This document shows, piece by piece, positions 9,629 through 18,474 of a stretch of 42,039 nt of DNA. This DNA is from an uncultured Verrucomicrobiae bacterium (GTDB taxonomy: Bacteria > Chlamydiota > Chlamydiia > Chlamydiales > Rhabdochlamydiaceae): NCBI GenBank assembly GCA_963813135.1, contig CAWEXY010000007.1, positions 1-42,039 on the forward strand, in the 5' to 3' direction. The notes beneath the pieces were generated by a model, which had not been told where the DNA came from, searched no databases, and saw only the letters and a list, made by a program, of their open reading frames with translations. The position numbers and the translations under genes are program-made. Every line of letters begins with the position of its first letter. The first letter of the stretch is position 1.

Positions 9629-10708
9629 ATGAATATTTCACTAGCCTTTTTAAGGATTTTCTTTGTTCTCTTAAGCGTCGTCTTTTTCACGGTCTTCATG
9701 TCGTCAAGCCCGACAGGCGAGCCAATGACGAACATGTTCATCGGCGCCGGCCTCGGACTGGTATTTGGCTTCTTCCTCATCGGCGTCGATATCGCGTTCA
9801 GGCGCTATAACCTGCGCGCTTTCAATATCGCCGTTATTGGTATTTTCATCGGCTATTTGATGGGCCAAGGCCTCCATTTGGTGTTCGACGCTATCCTGGA
9901 GATCAGCTCTATTTCAGTCGTGCTGCAGCCTCAGACCCTCGAGATCATTAAGATTGCCCTATTCCTCTTTGGCATCTACCTCGGAACCATTATGACCCTG
10001 CGCGCCAGCGATGAGCTTTACGTCAGCATCCCCTTCGTCAAGTTCACCCAAACAACCCAGAAGAAAAAAGATCTGATCGTCGACACATCCGTCCTCTCCG
10101 ACGCACGCATCATCGATGTCGTCGCCACAGGCCTGCTCGACCATCAACTCATCATTCCCCGCTTCATCATCAAGGAGCTCTACGCTCAATCCGAAACCGG
10201 CGATGAACAAACCCGCGTCCGCGCTCGGCGCTGCCTTGACATCTCAAAAAAACTCGAAGCCATCCCGCACCTCGAACTGCGCTACAATGATACTGATTTT
10301 CCCGAGGTCAAGGACACGATGGGCAAGCTCGTCAGGCTCGCCCGCCTCCTCGACGCCAATATCCTAAGCGCCGATATCTCCCGCATCCAGATGTCATCGA
10401 TCGAAGGGATCACCGTCATCAACATGCACTCCCTCTCGAACGCCTTCAAGCCCCTGATGCAAGCCGGAGAGTTCATCCGCATCAAGATCCAGCGCTACGG
10501 GAAAGAGCCGCGCCAAGGCGTCGGTTATCTCGAAGATGGAACGATGGTGGTCGTCAATGGCGGCGGCGATTTTATCGGAGATACGATCGATGCGCGCGTC
10601 CTCTCCGTCAAGCACACGACATCGGGCCGCATGATCTTCTGCAATGTCGTCGATGAGAGCGGAGAAGCCACGAGCGGATTTGAAGGAGAGCCCAGTGCCC
10701 AAGATTAG
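9629..10708 (+). CDS. membrane PIN/TRAM-domain protein (YacL-like)
   Basis: 4 N-terminal TMs; PIN VDTSVLSDARI; TRAM GKEPRQGVGYLEDGTMVVV ... GRMIF. Confidence 0.93.
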   Translation: MNISLAFLRIFFVLLSVVFFTVFMSSSPTGEPMTNMFIGAGLGLVFGFFLIGVDIAFRRYNLRAFNIAVIGIFIGYLMGQGLHLVFDAILEISSISVVLQPQTLEIIKIALFLFGIYLGTIMTLRASDELYVSIPFVKFTQTTQKKKDLIVDTSVLSDARIIDVVATGLLDHQLIIPRFIIKELYAQSETGDEQTRVRARRCLDISKKLEAIPHLELRYNDTDFPEVKDTMGKLVRLARLLDANILSADISRIQMSSIEGITVINMHSLSNAFKPLMQAGEFIRIKIQRYGKEPRQGVGYLEDGTMVVVNGGGDFIGDTIDARVLSVKHTTSGRMIFCNVVDESGEATSGFEGEPSAQD

Positions 10709-11057
10709 GGGAATAGGGAACGATATTTTGGAGATCAGCCGCTTTCGCAAGGCTGCCACCGATCGGTTCTTAAAAAAGCTTTTCACCGACAAAGAGCGGG
10801 CCTACTGCGAAAAATTCCAAGATCCGATGCCGCATCTCGCAGCTCGTTTTTCTGCTAAGGAAGCCGTCGCTAAAGCCTTTGGCGTGGGGTTTGGAAGGGA
10901 TGTTCAGTGGCAAGACATTGAGATCCTCAATGACAAAGCCGGCAAACCCGAAGTCTTCTTCTCCCCTGCATTAAAAAAAAGGTTCAAAAAACCGACCGTC
11001 CTCATCGCCCTAAGCCACTGTCATGAATACGTATCAGCCGTGGCAATATGGGTCTGA
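10695..11057 (+). CDS. acpS: holo-ACP synthase
   Basis: GIGNDILEISR, ARFSAKEAVAKAFG, GKP, LSH; GTG start after AAGGAG. Confidence 0.95.
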   Translation: MPKIRGIGNDILEISRFRKAATDRFLKKLFTDKERAYCEKFQDPMPHLAARFSAKEAVAKAFGVGFGRDVQWQDIEILNDKAGKPEVFFSPALKKRFKKPTVLIALSHCHEYVSAVAIWV

Positions 11058-11063
11058 TCAACT

Positions 11064-11537
11064 TCACTTTATTTTCCCCGTAAAAAATGAGCTGCATTTT
11101 ACGGCTAAAATCCCATTAGCCGCACCGATCAGAGCCCCAGCTAAAACATCCGTAACCCAATGCTTGTTATTCAGATAACGGCTCAGTCCGACTAAAACGG
11201 CCGATGCAGCAGCCGTGATGAAAATCGGATGCTTGGCGCCATGCAGTGCAAACGCAAGCCCGGCTCCAAGAAAGGCGCCTCCCGTGTGGGAAGAGGGAAA
11301 TGACTCTGTATCTTCTCGACTATTTTTACCTTGAACAAAAGGCTCAGGGCGCTTTCTTGGAACCCATTCCTTAAGTTTAAAAACCAGAACCTTTTGCATA
11401 TACCCAAAAGCTGCCATAGATAGCGCTTCTATAATATGTCCTCGCCATAAGGCATGGCATCCCACTAGCGCTGGAATGGCGTACTGACCCGCATCGCCAA
11501 ACTTTTCCAACATTTTCTTTACATCCATAGAACTCAT
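11064..11537 (-). CDS. PAP2-family phosphatase
   Basis: K..VPRKRP, SFPSSH, SRYLNNKHWVTDV motifs. Confidence 0.9.
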   Translation of the reverse strand: MSSMDVKKMLEKFGDAGQYAIPALVGCHALWRGHIIEALSMAAFGYMQKVLVFKLKEWVPRKRPEPFVQGKNSREDTESFPSSHTGGAFLGAGLAFALHGAKHPIFITAAASAVLVGLSRYLNNKHWVTDVLAGALIGAANGILAVKCSSFFTGKIK

Positions 11538-11561
11538 AGGGAAAAGTATACCTCATTGAGT

Positions 11562-12371
11562 CTAAAAAAAACAGAAGGGCAGCGAGTAGCTGACCGTAAA
11601 GAAGTTCACATTCTCGGGGAACAGACGCGCAAAGACACGCCGCGTATAGGCCAAGCGGATCGTTCCCCAATCCTCAAAAACATAGGCGTAAGCCACCCCT
11701 ACATCAATAGAGCGATGGCGGATATCCGCATACCCGTGGAAATGGTCGACGTTGACATGCGTTTCCCCTCCGAACCCAAGATAGCTGGTCCCGAAAACTC
11801 CCAAACGATGAGCCGCCCCAGGATGGCCTTCGAGGACCGCGAGGAAACTCGTCCAGGGAGCGCCGCGGTTCGCGATGCCGGCGACGGCTGTAAGATACGC
11901 GCGGACCATCCAATGGGGATCGAGTTGTTGGTACCATTCCTTGCCAAGAGTGAAAGAGAGTTCGTAGTTGGCATAGGAATGATAAGGGCAGCTGACATCT
12001 TTGAGGCTGTGGCCCGAAACGCCGCGGACGCTGGCCCCTGTGACGAGGGTCACCGGATCGCCCGGAATATCATCGAGCCATTGATAGCGCAGCTGGAAAG
12101 CCGAGCTGCGCAGGCCCATCTTCTGACGCGGCGTATCGGCAAACTCGATATCGACATCAAGCGCCCATGAGGGAGAAGTAGCAACGCCGAGATCAAAGGC
12201 CAGCACGTGATCATTGGAAGCCGCGTTGAGCTGGGGATGCGCCCCTTGCACATCGCGATACCGGCTGTAAGTGAAACTCGAATCAAAATTAAATTCCCAC
12301 TCCTCGCGCAGCCATGGCTGCACTTCCAGCGAGCACAGAGAAATAGGCAAGAGAAACAGCCACTTATGCAT
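11562..12371 (-). CDS. putative outer-membrane beta-barrel protein
   Basis: signal-like [14 protein letters not shown] overlapping the trxB end; alternating aromatic beta-strand patterns; C-terminal Phe. Confidence 0.65.
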   Translation of the reverse strand: MHKWLFLLPISLCSLEVQPWLREEWEFNFDSSFTYSRYRDVQGAHPQLNAASNDHVLAFDLGVATSPSWALDVDIEFADTPRQKMGLRSSAFQLRYQWLDDIPGDPVTLVTGASVRGVSGHSLKDVSCPYHSYANYELSFTLGKEWYQQLDPHWMVRAYLTAVAGIANRGAPWTSFLAVLEGHPGAAHRLGVFGTSYLGFGGETHVNVDHFHGYADIRHRSIDVGVAYAYVFEDWGTIRLAYTRRVFARLFPENVNFFTVSYSLPFCFF

Positions 12372-13320
12372 GGACATGCTCTCGCGCGGCAAGCCACCGT
12401 TCAGCATCGAGCGCGGCCATACATCCCGATCCGGCGGCCGTGACAGCTTGGCGGTAGTAGGGATCTTGGACATCGCCCGCCGCAAAGACGCCTTCGACGC
12501 TCGTGCGAGAGGTTCCCGGGACCACCTTGATATATCCGTTTTGGGCAAACTCGAGCTGGGCGCCTAAAAAAGCTGTATTGGGCTCGTGGCCTATAGCAAA
12601 GAAAACGCCGGCGGCATCCCTCTTCGTCTCAGAACCTGTCTTCAGATCTTTGACGGTGACGGAGCGGACCACTTGGTCTCCTTCGACCTTGGTGACGACG
12701 TGGCTCCAGAGGACTTCGATCTTCGGATGGTGGATAGCGCGGTCTCCCATGATTTTTGAAGCTCTAAATTCATCGCGGCGGTGGACAATAAAAACTTTGC
12801 TGCCGAATTTTGTAAGGAACAGGGCCTCTTCCATAGCGGTGTCCCCGCCGCCGATCACATAGAGGGGTTTATCGCGGAAGATGGGCATCGCTCCATCGCA
12901 GACGGCGCAGGCGGTGACGCCTTTCTGCCAGAATTCTTTGTCGCCGCATCCGGGAATATCGAGGCGCTTGGCGGTAGCGCCCGTCGAGATGATGATGGCC
13001 TCAGCTTCGACCTGGCCTGACTTGGCCTCCACAATAAAGGGGTGCGTTTTAAGATTGACGGAGGTTACGTCCTCCGTGAGGATCGTCGTTCCAAAACGCG
13101 CGGCCTGGCGGCGGAAGAGGTCCATCATCTCCGGGCCCGACACGCCTTCAGGAAAACCAGGATAATTTTCGACGTCGGTCGTCGTCATGAGCTGGCCGCC
13201 GGCAGGCCCCGAAAAAAAACCTTCGAAGAGAAGAGGTTCGAGATTGGCGCGGGCCGCATAGATAGCAGCGGTGTAACCGGCCGGACCCGACCCGATGATC
13301 ACAATTTTGTGCTTTCGCAT
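12364..13320 (-). CDS. trxB: thioredoxin reductase
   Basis: [29 protein letters not shown]; exact start could be 13329. Confidence 0.97.
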   Translation of the reverse strand: MRKHKIVIIGSGPAGYTAAIYAARANLEPLLFEGFFSGPAGGQLMTTTDVENYPGFPEGVSGPEMMDLFRRQAARFGTTILTEDVTSVNLKTHPFIVEAKSGQVEAEAIIISTGATAKRLDIPGCGDKEFWQKGVTACAVCDGAMPIFRDKPLYVIGGGDTAMEEALFLTKFGSKVFIVHRRDEFRASKIMGDRAIHHPKIEVLWSHVVTKVEGDQVVRSVTVKDLKTGSETKRDAAGVFFAIGHEPNTAFLGAQLEFAQNGYIKVVPGTSRTSVEGVFAAGDVQDPYYRQAVTAAGSGCMAALDAERWLAAREHVHA

Positions 13321-13377
13321 TTTTCCCATCCTTTTTATGCTAATATTTAAAGATAACACGGTGTACAATTTTTCCCT

Positions 13378-14469
13378 ATGCGCAGTATAAGACTAGAAAA
13401 GTTAAAAAAAACTATTACAGGCCACACGATCATCAGCGATATCAATCTGACGATCCCTGCGGGCAAATTTTTTGCTCTGCTAGGACCCAGCGGTTGCGGC
13501 AAGACGACCCTGCTGCGGCTTATCGCAGGCCTTGAAAAAGCCGATGCAGGCAAAATCATCCTCGGCGAAGAAGATATCACTGACGTCTCGATCCACGAGC
13601 GTCCGATCAATATCGTTTTCCAGAACTACGCTCTCTTCCCCCACCTCGACGTCTTTGATAACGTCGCCTACAGCTTGAAACTCAAATATCTGCCCAAGGG
13701 AGTGATCGAGCAAAAGGTCTTCAAAATCTTGGAAGCCTTCCATCTCGAGAACCACATCTATAAATATCCGAGCCAGCTCTCCGGCGGCCAGCAGCAGCGC
13801 GTTGCTGTGGCCAGGGCCATCGTCAACGAGCCCGACGTCCTCCTCCTCGACGAGCCACTCGCTGCGCTCGATTTTAAACTGCGCGAGCGCATGCTCATCG
13901 AGCTCATCGATCTGCAGGATAAACTCAAAACGACGTTCGTCTACGTCACCCACGATCAGTTCGAGGCGCTCACGGTGGCCGACCAGATGGCCATCATGAA
14001 CCACAAAGGGCAGATCGAGCAGATTGGAACACCCAAAGAAATTTACGAATTTCCGCACTCGTCCTTCGTGGCAAAATTCGTAGGGACGACCAACATTTTG
14101 AGCGGCAATCTAAAAAATCTCGACGGCGAGCCTGAAATCCATATCCCCGATCTGGGCTCTCTCAAAGTTGGGATGACCCATAAAAAACCGTGGATGGTCG
14201 AAGGATGCGATGCCCTGATCAGCATCCGCCCGGAAAAAATCTTCATCTCCAAAAAAGAAGTGAAAAATTTCTCCAACACTCTTAAAGGCGTCGTGCAATC
14301 GATCGTCTATCATGGCCGCTCGACCCAATATAACGTCCTCCTGAAAAACCATGTGCGGCTCCAAGTATTTGAGCAGAACGAAGAACACTTCCCGCAAGAA
14401 GTGATCGACTATGACAATGAAGTAAATTTGTATTGGCAAAAGGACAACGTCGTCCTCCTGGAAAAATGA
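13378..14469 (+). CDS. potA: polyamine ABC transporter ATPase
   Basis: [34 protein letters not shown]-terminal TOBE-like region. Confidence 0.9.
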   Translation: MRSIRLEKLKKTITGHTIISDINLTIPAGKFFALLGPSGCGKTTLLRLIAGLEKADAGKIILGEEDITDVSIHERPINIVFQNYALFPHLDVFDNVAYSLKLKYLPKGVIEQKVFKILEAFHLENHIYKYPSQLSGGQQQRVAVARAIVNEPDVLLLDEPLAALDFKLRERMLIELIDLQDKLKTTFVYVTHDQFEALTVADQMAIMNHKGQIEQIGTPKEIYEFPHSSFVAKFVGTTNILSGNLKNLDGEPEIHIPDLGSLKVGMTHKKPWMVEGCDALISIRPEKIFISKKEVKNFSNTLKGVVQSIVYHGRSTQYNVLLKNHVRLQVFEQNEEHFPQEVIDYDNEVNLYWQKDNVVLLEK

Positions 14470-15317
14470 AAATAGCGGCTCCGTCACGATTTCCGTTCAC
14501 CCTTGGCATCCCTGCCATCATATGGCAGGTGGTCTTCTTCTACCTACCTCTCGTGCTCATCGTCATATCCAGCTTTGTGAAAGTGACCGACACCGGCGTT
14601 TTTGAAGGATTTACCTTTGATCTAGTCTCCCACTTTTTCAAACCTCTTTACCTCAAGGTGATTCTTTCCTCCATAGTGCTGGCCCTCGCCAACACGGTCA
14701 TTTGTTTCTGCATCGCCTATCCTCTCGCCTATTTCTTAGCCCTCTCGGGCAAACGGTACAGCAACTTCTTCCTCTTTTTGCTCCTCATCCCTTTCTGGAC
14801 CAACTTCCTTCTCCACGTTTACGCTTGGTTTTATGTCCTCGAAAACCAAGGGTTCCTAAATAATCTTCTCATGCATTTGAATATCATCTCCCACCCCATC
14901 ACGCTCCTTAACTCCCTTTTTTCTATCATGGTCATGATGGTCTACTACTACCTCCCTTTCATGGTCCTGCCGATCTACTCATCCTTAGAGAGATTCAACA
15001 CAAGCCTCATCGAAGCCTCCCTCGATCTAGGAGCCTCCTGGCTCCAAACGTTCCGCCGCATCATCCTCCCCCTTACCATGCGCGGCGTGCGCGCGGGATT
15101 TTTCCTTGTCTACATCCCTTCCTTTGGAGAATTTGCTATTCCCGAGCTCATGGGCGGCGATAAGCGGATGTTTGTCGGGAACGTCGTATCTCAATACATC
15201 CTCGCCGAAGGAACAGGATCTCTCGGCGCCGCCTTCACCGTTATCAGTTGCATCGTCCTCCTCTTCACCGCAATCTTTTTTTATTGGCTAATGGATCGGT
15301 ATGTCCAAAAATCGTAA
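14466..15317 (+). CDS. potB: polyamine ABC transporter permease
   Basis: IPFWTN, LPFMVLPIY, EASLDLGA loop; ATGA overlap with potA. Confidence 0.9.
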   Translation: MKIAAPSRFPFTLGIPAIIWQVVFFYLPLVLIVISSFVKVTDTGVFEGFTFDLVSHFFKPLYLKVILSSIVLALANTVICFCIAYPLAYFLALSGKRYSNFFLFLLLIPFWTNFLLHVYAWFYVLENQGFLNNLLMHLNIISHPITLLNSLFSIMVMMVYYYLPFMVLPIYSSLERFNTSLIEASLDLGASWLQTFRRIILPLTMRGVRAGFFLVYIPSFGEFAIPELMGGDKRMFVGNVVSQYILAEGTGSLGAAFTVISCIVLLFTAIFFYWLMDRYVQKS

Positions 15318-16086
15318 AGTTGGAAAAGTTTCTAATCTCCTTTTCATCGGCTGCACCTATCTTTTTCTATGGGTGCCGATCATCGTCCTCCTCGTCTTTT
15401 CCTTTAATTCAGAAGGATATCCTTCCCCATGGACCGGCTTTACCTGGAAATGGTACCAAGAGCTCATCCACTCCGTCTATCTCTGGAAGGCGTTCGGCAA
15501 TTCCCTCCTCGTCGCCTGCTTTTCTACTTTCTTTTCGGTCGCGATGGGAACGTTTCTCATTTTTTATGCGGCCCAAGGCGGCAGAATTGGCCGTTTCTTG
15601 ACCCTTTTCTATGGAAATATCGTCATCCCTGAGACCGTTCTGGCTGTCAGCCTCCTGACATTTTTTAGCCTCCTTTCTATTCCGCTCGGCCTCGCCACCC
15701 TGATCGTCGGCCACACCGTCCTTGGCCTGGGGTTCGTCGTCCCCCTCGTCTATGCCCGCTTCCTGGAACTCGATTATCGCATCACCGAAGCCTCTCTCGT
15801 CCTCGGAGCCACTCCCATTCAGACATTTTTTAAAGTGACACTCCCTCAACTGCGGCCCGCCCTCATCACGAGCGCCCTTCTCGTCTTCATTATCTCATTC
15901 GACGACTTCATCCTCACCTACTTTACAGCCGGAAGCTCTGTCCAAACATTATCCCTATACATTCTGGCCATGATCCGCGCCGGAGTCTCCCCCGTCGTCA
16001 ACGCCCTTTCCGCCGTGTTACTCTGTATTAGCAGCGTACTCGTCATACTCTTTTTCCAACTCAAAACTAGATCGAGGATTTTCTAA
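15301..16086 (+). CDS. potC: polyamine ABC transporter permease
   Basis: VFSFN, EASLVLGA, SFDDF motifs. Confidence 0.9.
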   Translation: MSKNRKVGKVSNLLFIGCTYLFLWVPIIVLLVFSFNSEGYPSPWTGFTWKWYQELIHSVYLWKAFGNSLLVACFSTFFSVAMGTFLIFYAAQGGRIGRFLTLFYGNIVIPETVLAVSLLTFFSLLSIPLGLATLIVGHTVLGLGFVVPLVYARFLELDYRITEASLVLGATPIQTFFKVTLPQLRPALITSALLVFIISFDDFILTYFTAGSSVQTLSLYILAMIRAGVSPVVNALSAVLLCISSVLVILFFQLKTRSRIF

Positions 16087-17162
16087 TGAGCAAAGTGACT
16101 TTTCGTTTGAGTGTGATTCTTCTCTGGATCGGACTCATCTTCGGCGTTCTTTATTGGCCCAAAACAGAAATCCCTCCCTTCGACGAGCGGAGCATCAACG
16201 TCTTCGCCTGGGGCGATATTCTAGATCCCATGGTCATCGCCGATTTTGAGCACAAAACAGGCATCAAGGTCCATCTCAACTACTACGCCTCTAACGAAGA
16301 GCTCATCGTGAAGATCAAAGCGACCGGAGGCGAAGGCTACGACCTCATCGTCCCTTCCGAATACGCTGTCAGAATCCTCAAAAAAGAAGGCCTCCTCAAA
16401 GAATTGGACCACAGCCAGCTCCACTTTTTAACGAGCCTCAATCCCTCGCTTCTCAACCTTAAGTTCGATCCCGGAAATCGGTACTCCGTTCCTTTTAGCT
16501 GGGAAATCTATGGCCTTGGCATCAATGCCAACTTTTTTAAAAACCGCCCCCTGGATCCAAGCTGGAAAATGATCTTTGACCCCGCTGTCGTCGACTACAA
16601 AGTCGCCATGTCCAACGATCCAGTCCAAACGATCGACTTCGCAGCGTTTTACCTCTTTGGGCCGATTAAAGAGCTGAACCCTGAACAGCTGCAGCAGACC
16701 GTCGATCTTCTCATCGCTCAAAAAAAATGGGTCACCGCTTACGCCGACTTCCGCGCCGATTATTTTCTAGCGACGAACAATTGCCCCGTGGCGCTATCTC
16801 TTAGTTCGTACATGATCCGCGCGATGCGCAAATTTCCTTTCTTAAGTTTTGTGATCCCGAAAGAAGGCACCTTTGTTTCTGTGGAAAACATCAGCATTCC
16901 CGCCGCAAGTAGAAAAGAGCAGCTGACCTACCAGCTCGTCAACTATCTTTATACAGCCGAGTCGGCCCAGGCCCATTTCGAGACCTACGGCCTTTTCCCC
17001 GCCTCCGCCAACAATCTCCCCGACCTTGCAAATGATCTTGAAAAGAAAGCGATGCTCGCCTCCTGCCAAGAGGCGTTCGCCAAGTCCTATATCGGTGTTG
17101 TTTTAGCGTCTCAAGAAAAGATCCGCGATGCTTGGGTCGAGATCAAATCCAGCAGTGATTGA
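16086..17162 (+). CDS. potD: polyamine ABC transporter substrate-binding protein
   Basis: FEHKTGIKV, SNEEL, YDLIVPSEY, DPGNRYSVP, PKEG; last gene of the operon. Confidence 0.88.
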   Translation: MSKVTFRLSVILLWIGLIFGVLYWPKTEIPPFDERSINVFAWGDILDPMVIADFEHKTGIKVHLNYYASNEELIVKIKATGGEGYDLIVPSEYAVRILKKEGLLKELDHSQLHFLTSLNPSLLNLKFDPGNRYSVPFSWEIYGLGINANFFKNRPLDPSWKMIFDPAVVDYKVAMSNDPVQTIDFAAFYLFGPIKELNPEQLQQTVDLLIAQKKWVTAYADFRADYFLATNNCPVALSLSSYMIRAMRKFPFLSFVIPKEGTFVSVENISIPAASRKEQLTYQLVNYLYTAESAQAHFETYGLFPASANNLPDLANDLEKKAMLASCQEAFAKSYIGVVLASQEKIRDAWVEIKSSSD

Positions 17163-17217
17163 CCTTTAATCGAAATTCATCGTAGTCTTATTGTATCCTT
17201 AACATCACGAGGTCAAT

Positions 17218-18321
17218 ATGGCTCATGTTACAAGAACCACCTCTCCAGCGAACATACTCCAAGACTTTTCAAGATTGACAGTGGAACTAACGGGCCGCCC
17301 TACATATAGTCAGCGGACTGCCATCAAAGATTTCATTCAAATGACCGACCAAATGGACAAAGGCAAGTTTATTTGGCCCAAAACCGCCGCTATCAAACCA
17401 AGCATCGCATATCTTCTTTCGGAAAAGATCGACGAATCTGTCTTGCGCGTCTATAACGATGTCGTCCACCAAGTTCAAGCAACTACAGAGCATCGAAAAA
17501 ATCTCAAGGCTCTTCGAGATGCCCCCAAAACCTGCGGCGGGTTTACAAGCAAGACAGCCCTACTTACAACCGCAACGCCTCTGGAACAAATGATTGCCCT
17601 CGACCACCTAATCGATAGTAGAGCTTCTTCGTGGCAAAAAGGAGTTCGGACGATTTGTCTGGGGATCAAAGATAGCGACGACTTGATCCCTGTTTATCTC
17701 CAAAGTAAAGATAACGTCCTTGCCTCGACAATGACCACGCGCCTCGGATCGGGAAGCCGTGGAAAATTTAAAGTTCCTCGCTATGATCAATTAGCCTCCG
17801 ACTCTTACTTAGCCAATAATTCTCTTTTTGTAGAACCATTAGAAGCGCTTGAAATTGTACGGCAGCCTTACTTTGGCGGAGCCACCCTCCTCAAAGGCAA
17901 CGCTTTTTCTACAAAGACCATCGACTCTCAACGGAGATATGAGGTCTTAGACCCAAATGACTCTTCTCGAGATAGCCAATTCGCCTGCGTCGAACTAAAA
18001 GGCCAGAATAAGGACAAGACATCCCCTATCAAAGCGAAGAGCGCAGGCGCCAACATCCTTAGCCTCGAAAAAAAATCTCCCAAGAAGCCCCTCTCCGGAA
18101 AACTCCATTTTGATGATCTTGCCCCTGAAGGATATAAAGATGATGTTGTCTTAGAAGTTCGCCCCAAGGATTATTGGCAAGCCGTGCGCACAGCCATTCT
18201 TGACGACGATTCGACGGAACTCGACCGGCAAACGACAATTTTATTCTTAAAGAAATTTGGGGCATTCAGCTCGCCTGTCGTGAACACCTACCATGCTGAC
18301 AAACTCTTCAAAGAAGATTAG
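17218..18321 (+). CDS. hypothetical protein (effector-like)
   Basis: 367 aa; GAGG SD; S/T-rich N-terminus MAHVTRTTSPAN; no family recognised. Confidence 0.8.
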   Translation: MAHVTRTTSPANILQDFSRLTVELTGRPTYSQRTAIKDFIQMTDQMDKGKFIWPKTAAIKPSIAYLLSEKIDESVLRVYNDVVHQVQATTEHRKNLKALRDAPKTCGGFTSKTALLTTATPLEQMIALDHLIDSRASSWQKGVRTICLGIKDSDDLIPVYLQSKDNVLASTMTTRLGSGSRGKFKVPRYDQLASDSYLANNSLFVEPLEALEIVRQPYFGGATLLKGNAFSTKTIDSQRRYEVLDPNDSSRDSQFACVELKGQNKDKTSPIKAKSAGANILSLEKKSPKKPLSGKLHFDDLAPEGYKDDVVLEVRPKDYWQAVRTAILDDDSTELDRQTTILFLKKFGAFSSPVVNTYHADKLFKED

Positions 18322-18430
18322 TCAGAACCGATATAGCCAGGAGGATCAGTATAAAAAAAGCCCCAAAGAAACGCTTGGTGGTGGGATGGGGACGTCGATA
18401 AAGAAGATTTATTTGAGGGTAAAAGGAAGT
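18308..18430 (-). pseudogene. internally deleted LysE-family gene relic
   Basis: encodes FLLPSNKSSLSTSPSHHQAFLWGF and ILILLAISVLTNLL*, matching LLLPSKKSSSSMPPSHHQAFLSGF and ILLLLALSVLTNLL* of 21441-22040. Confidence 0.8.
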
Positions 18431-18474
18431 TCCAACAGAAGTTTTGCGGTTGTATGCCTGTCCCATTTTAAAAC

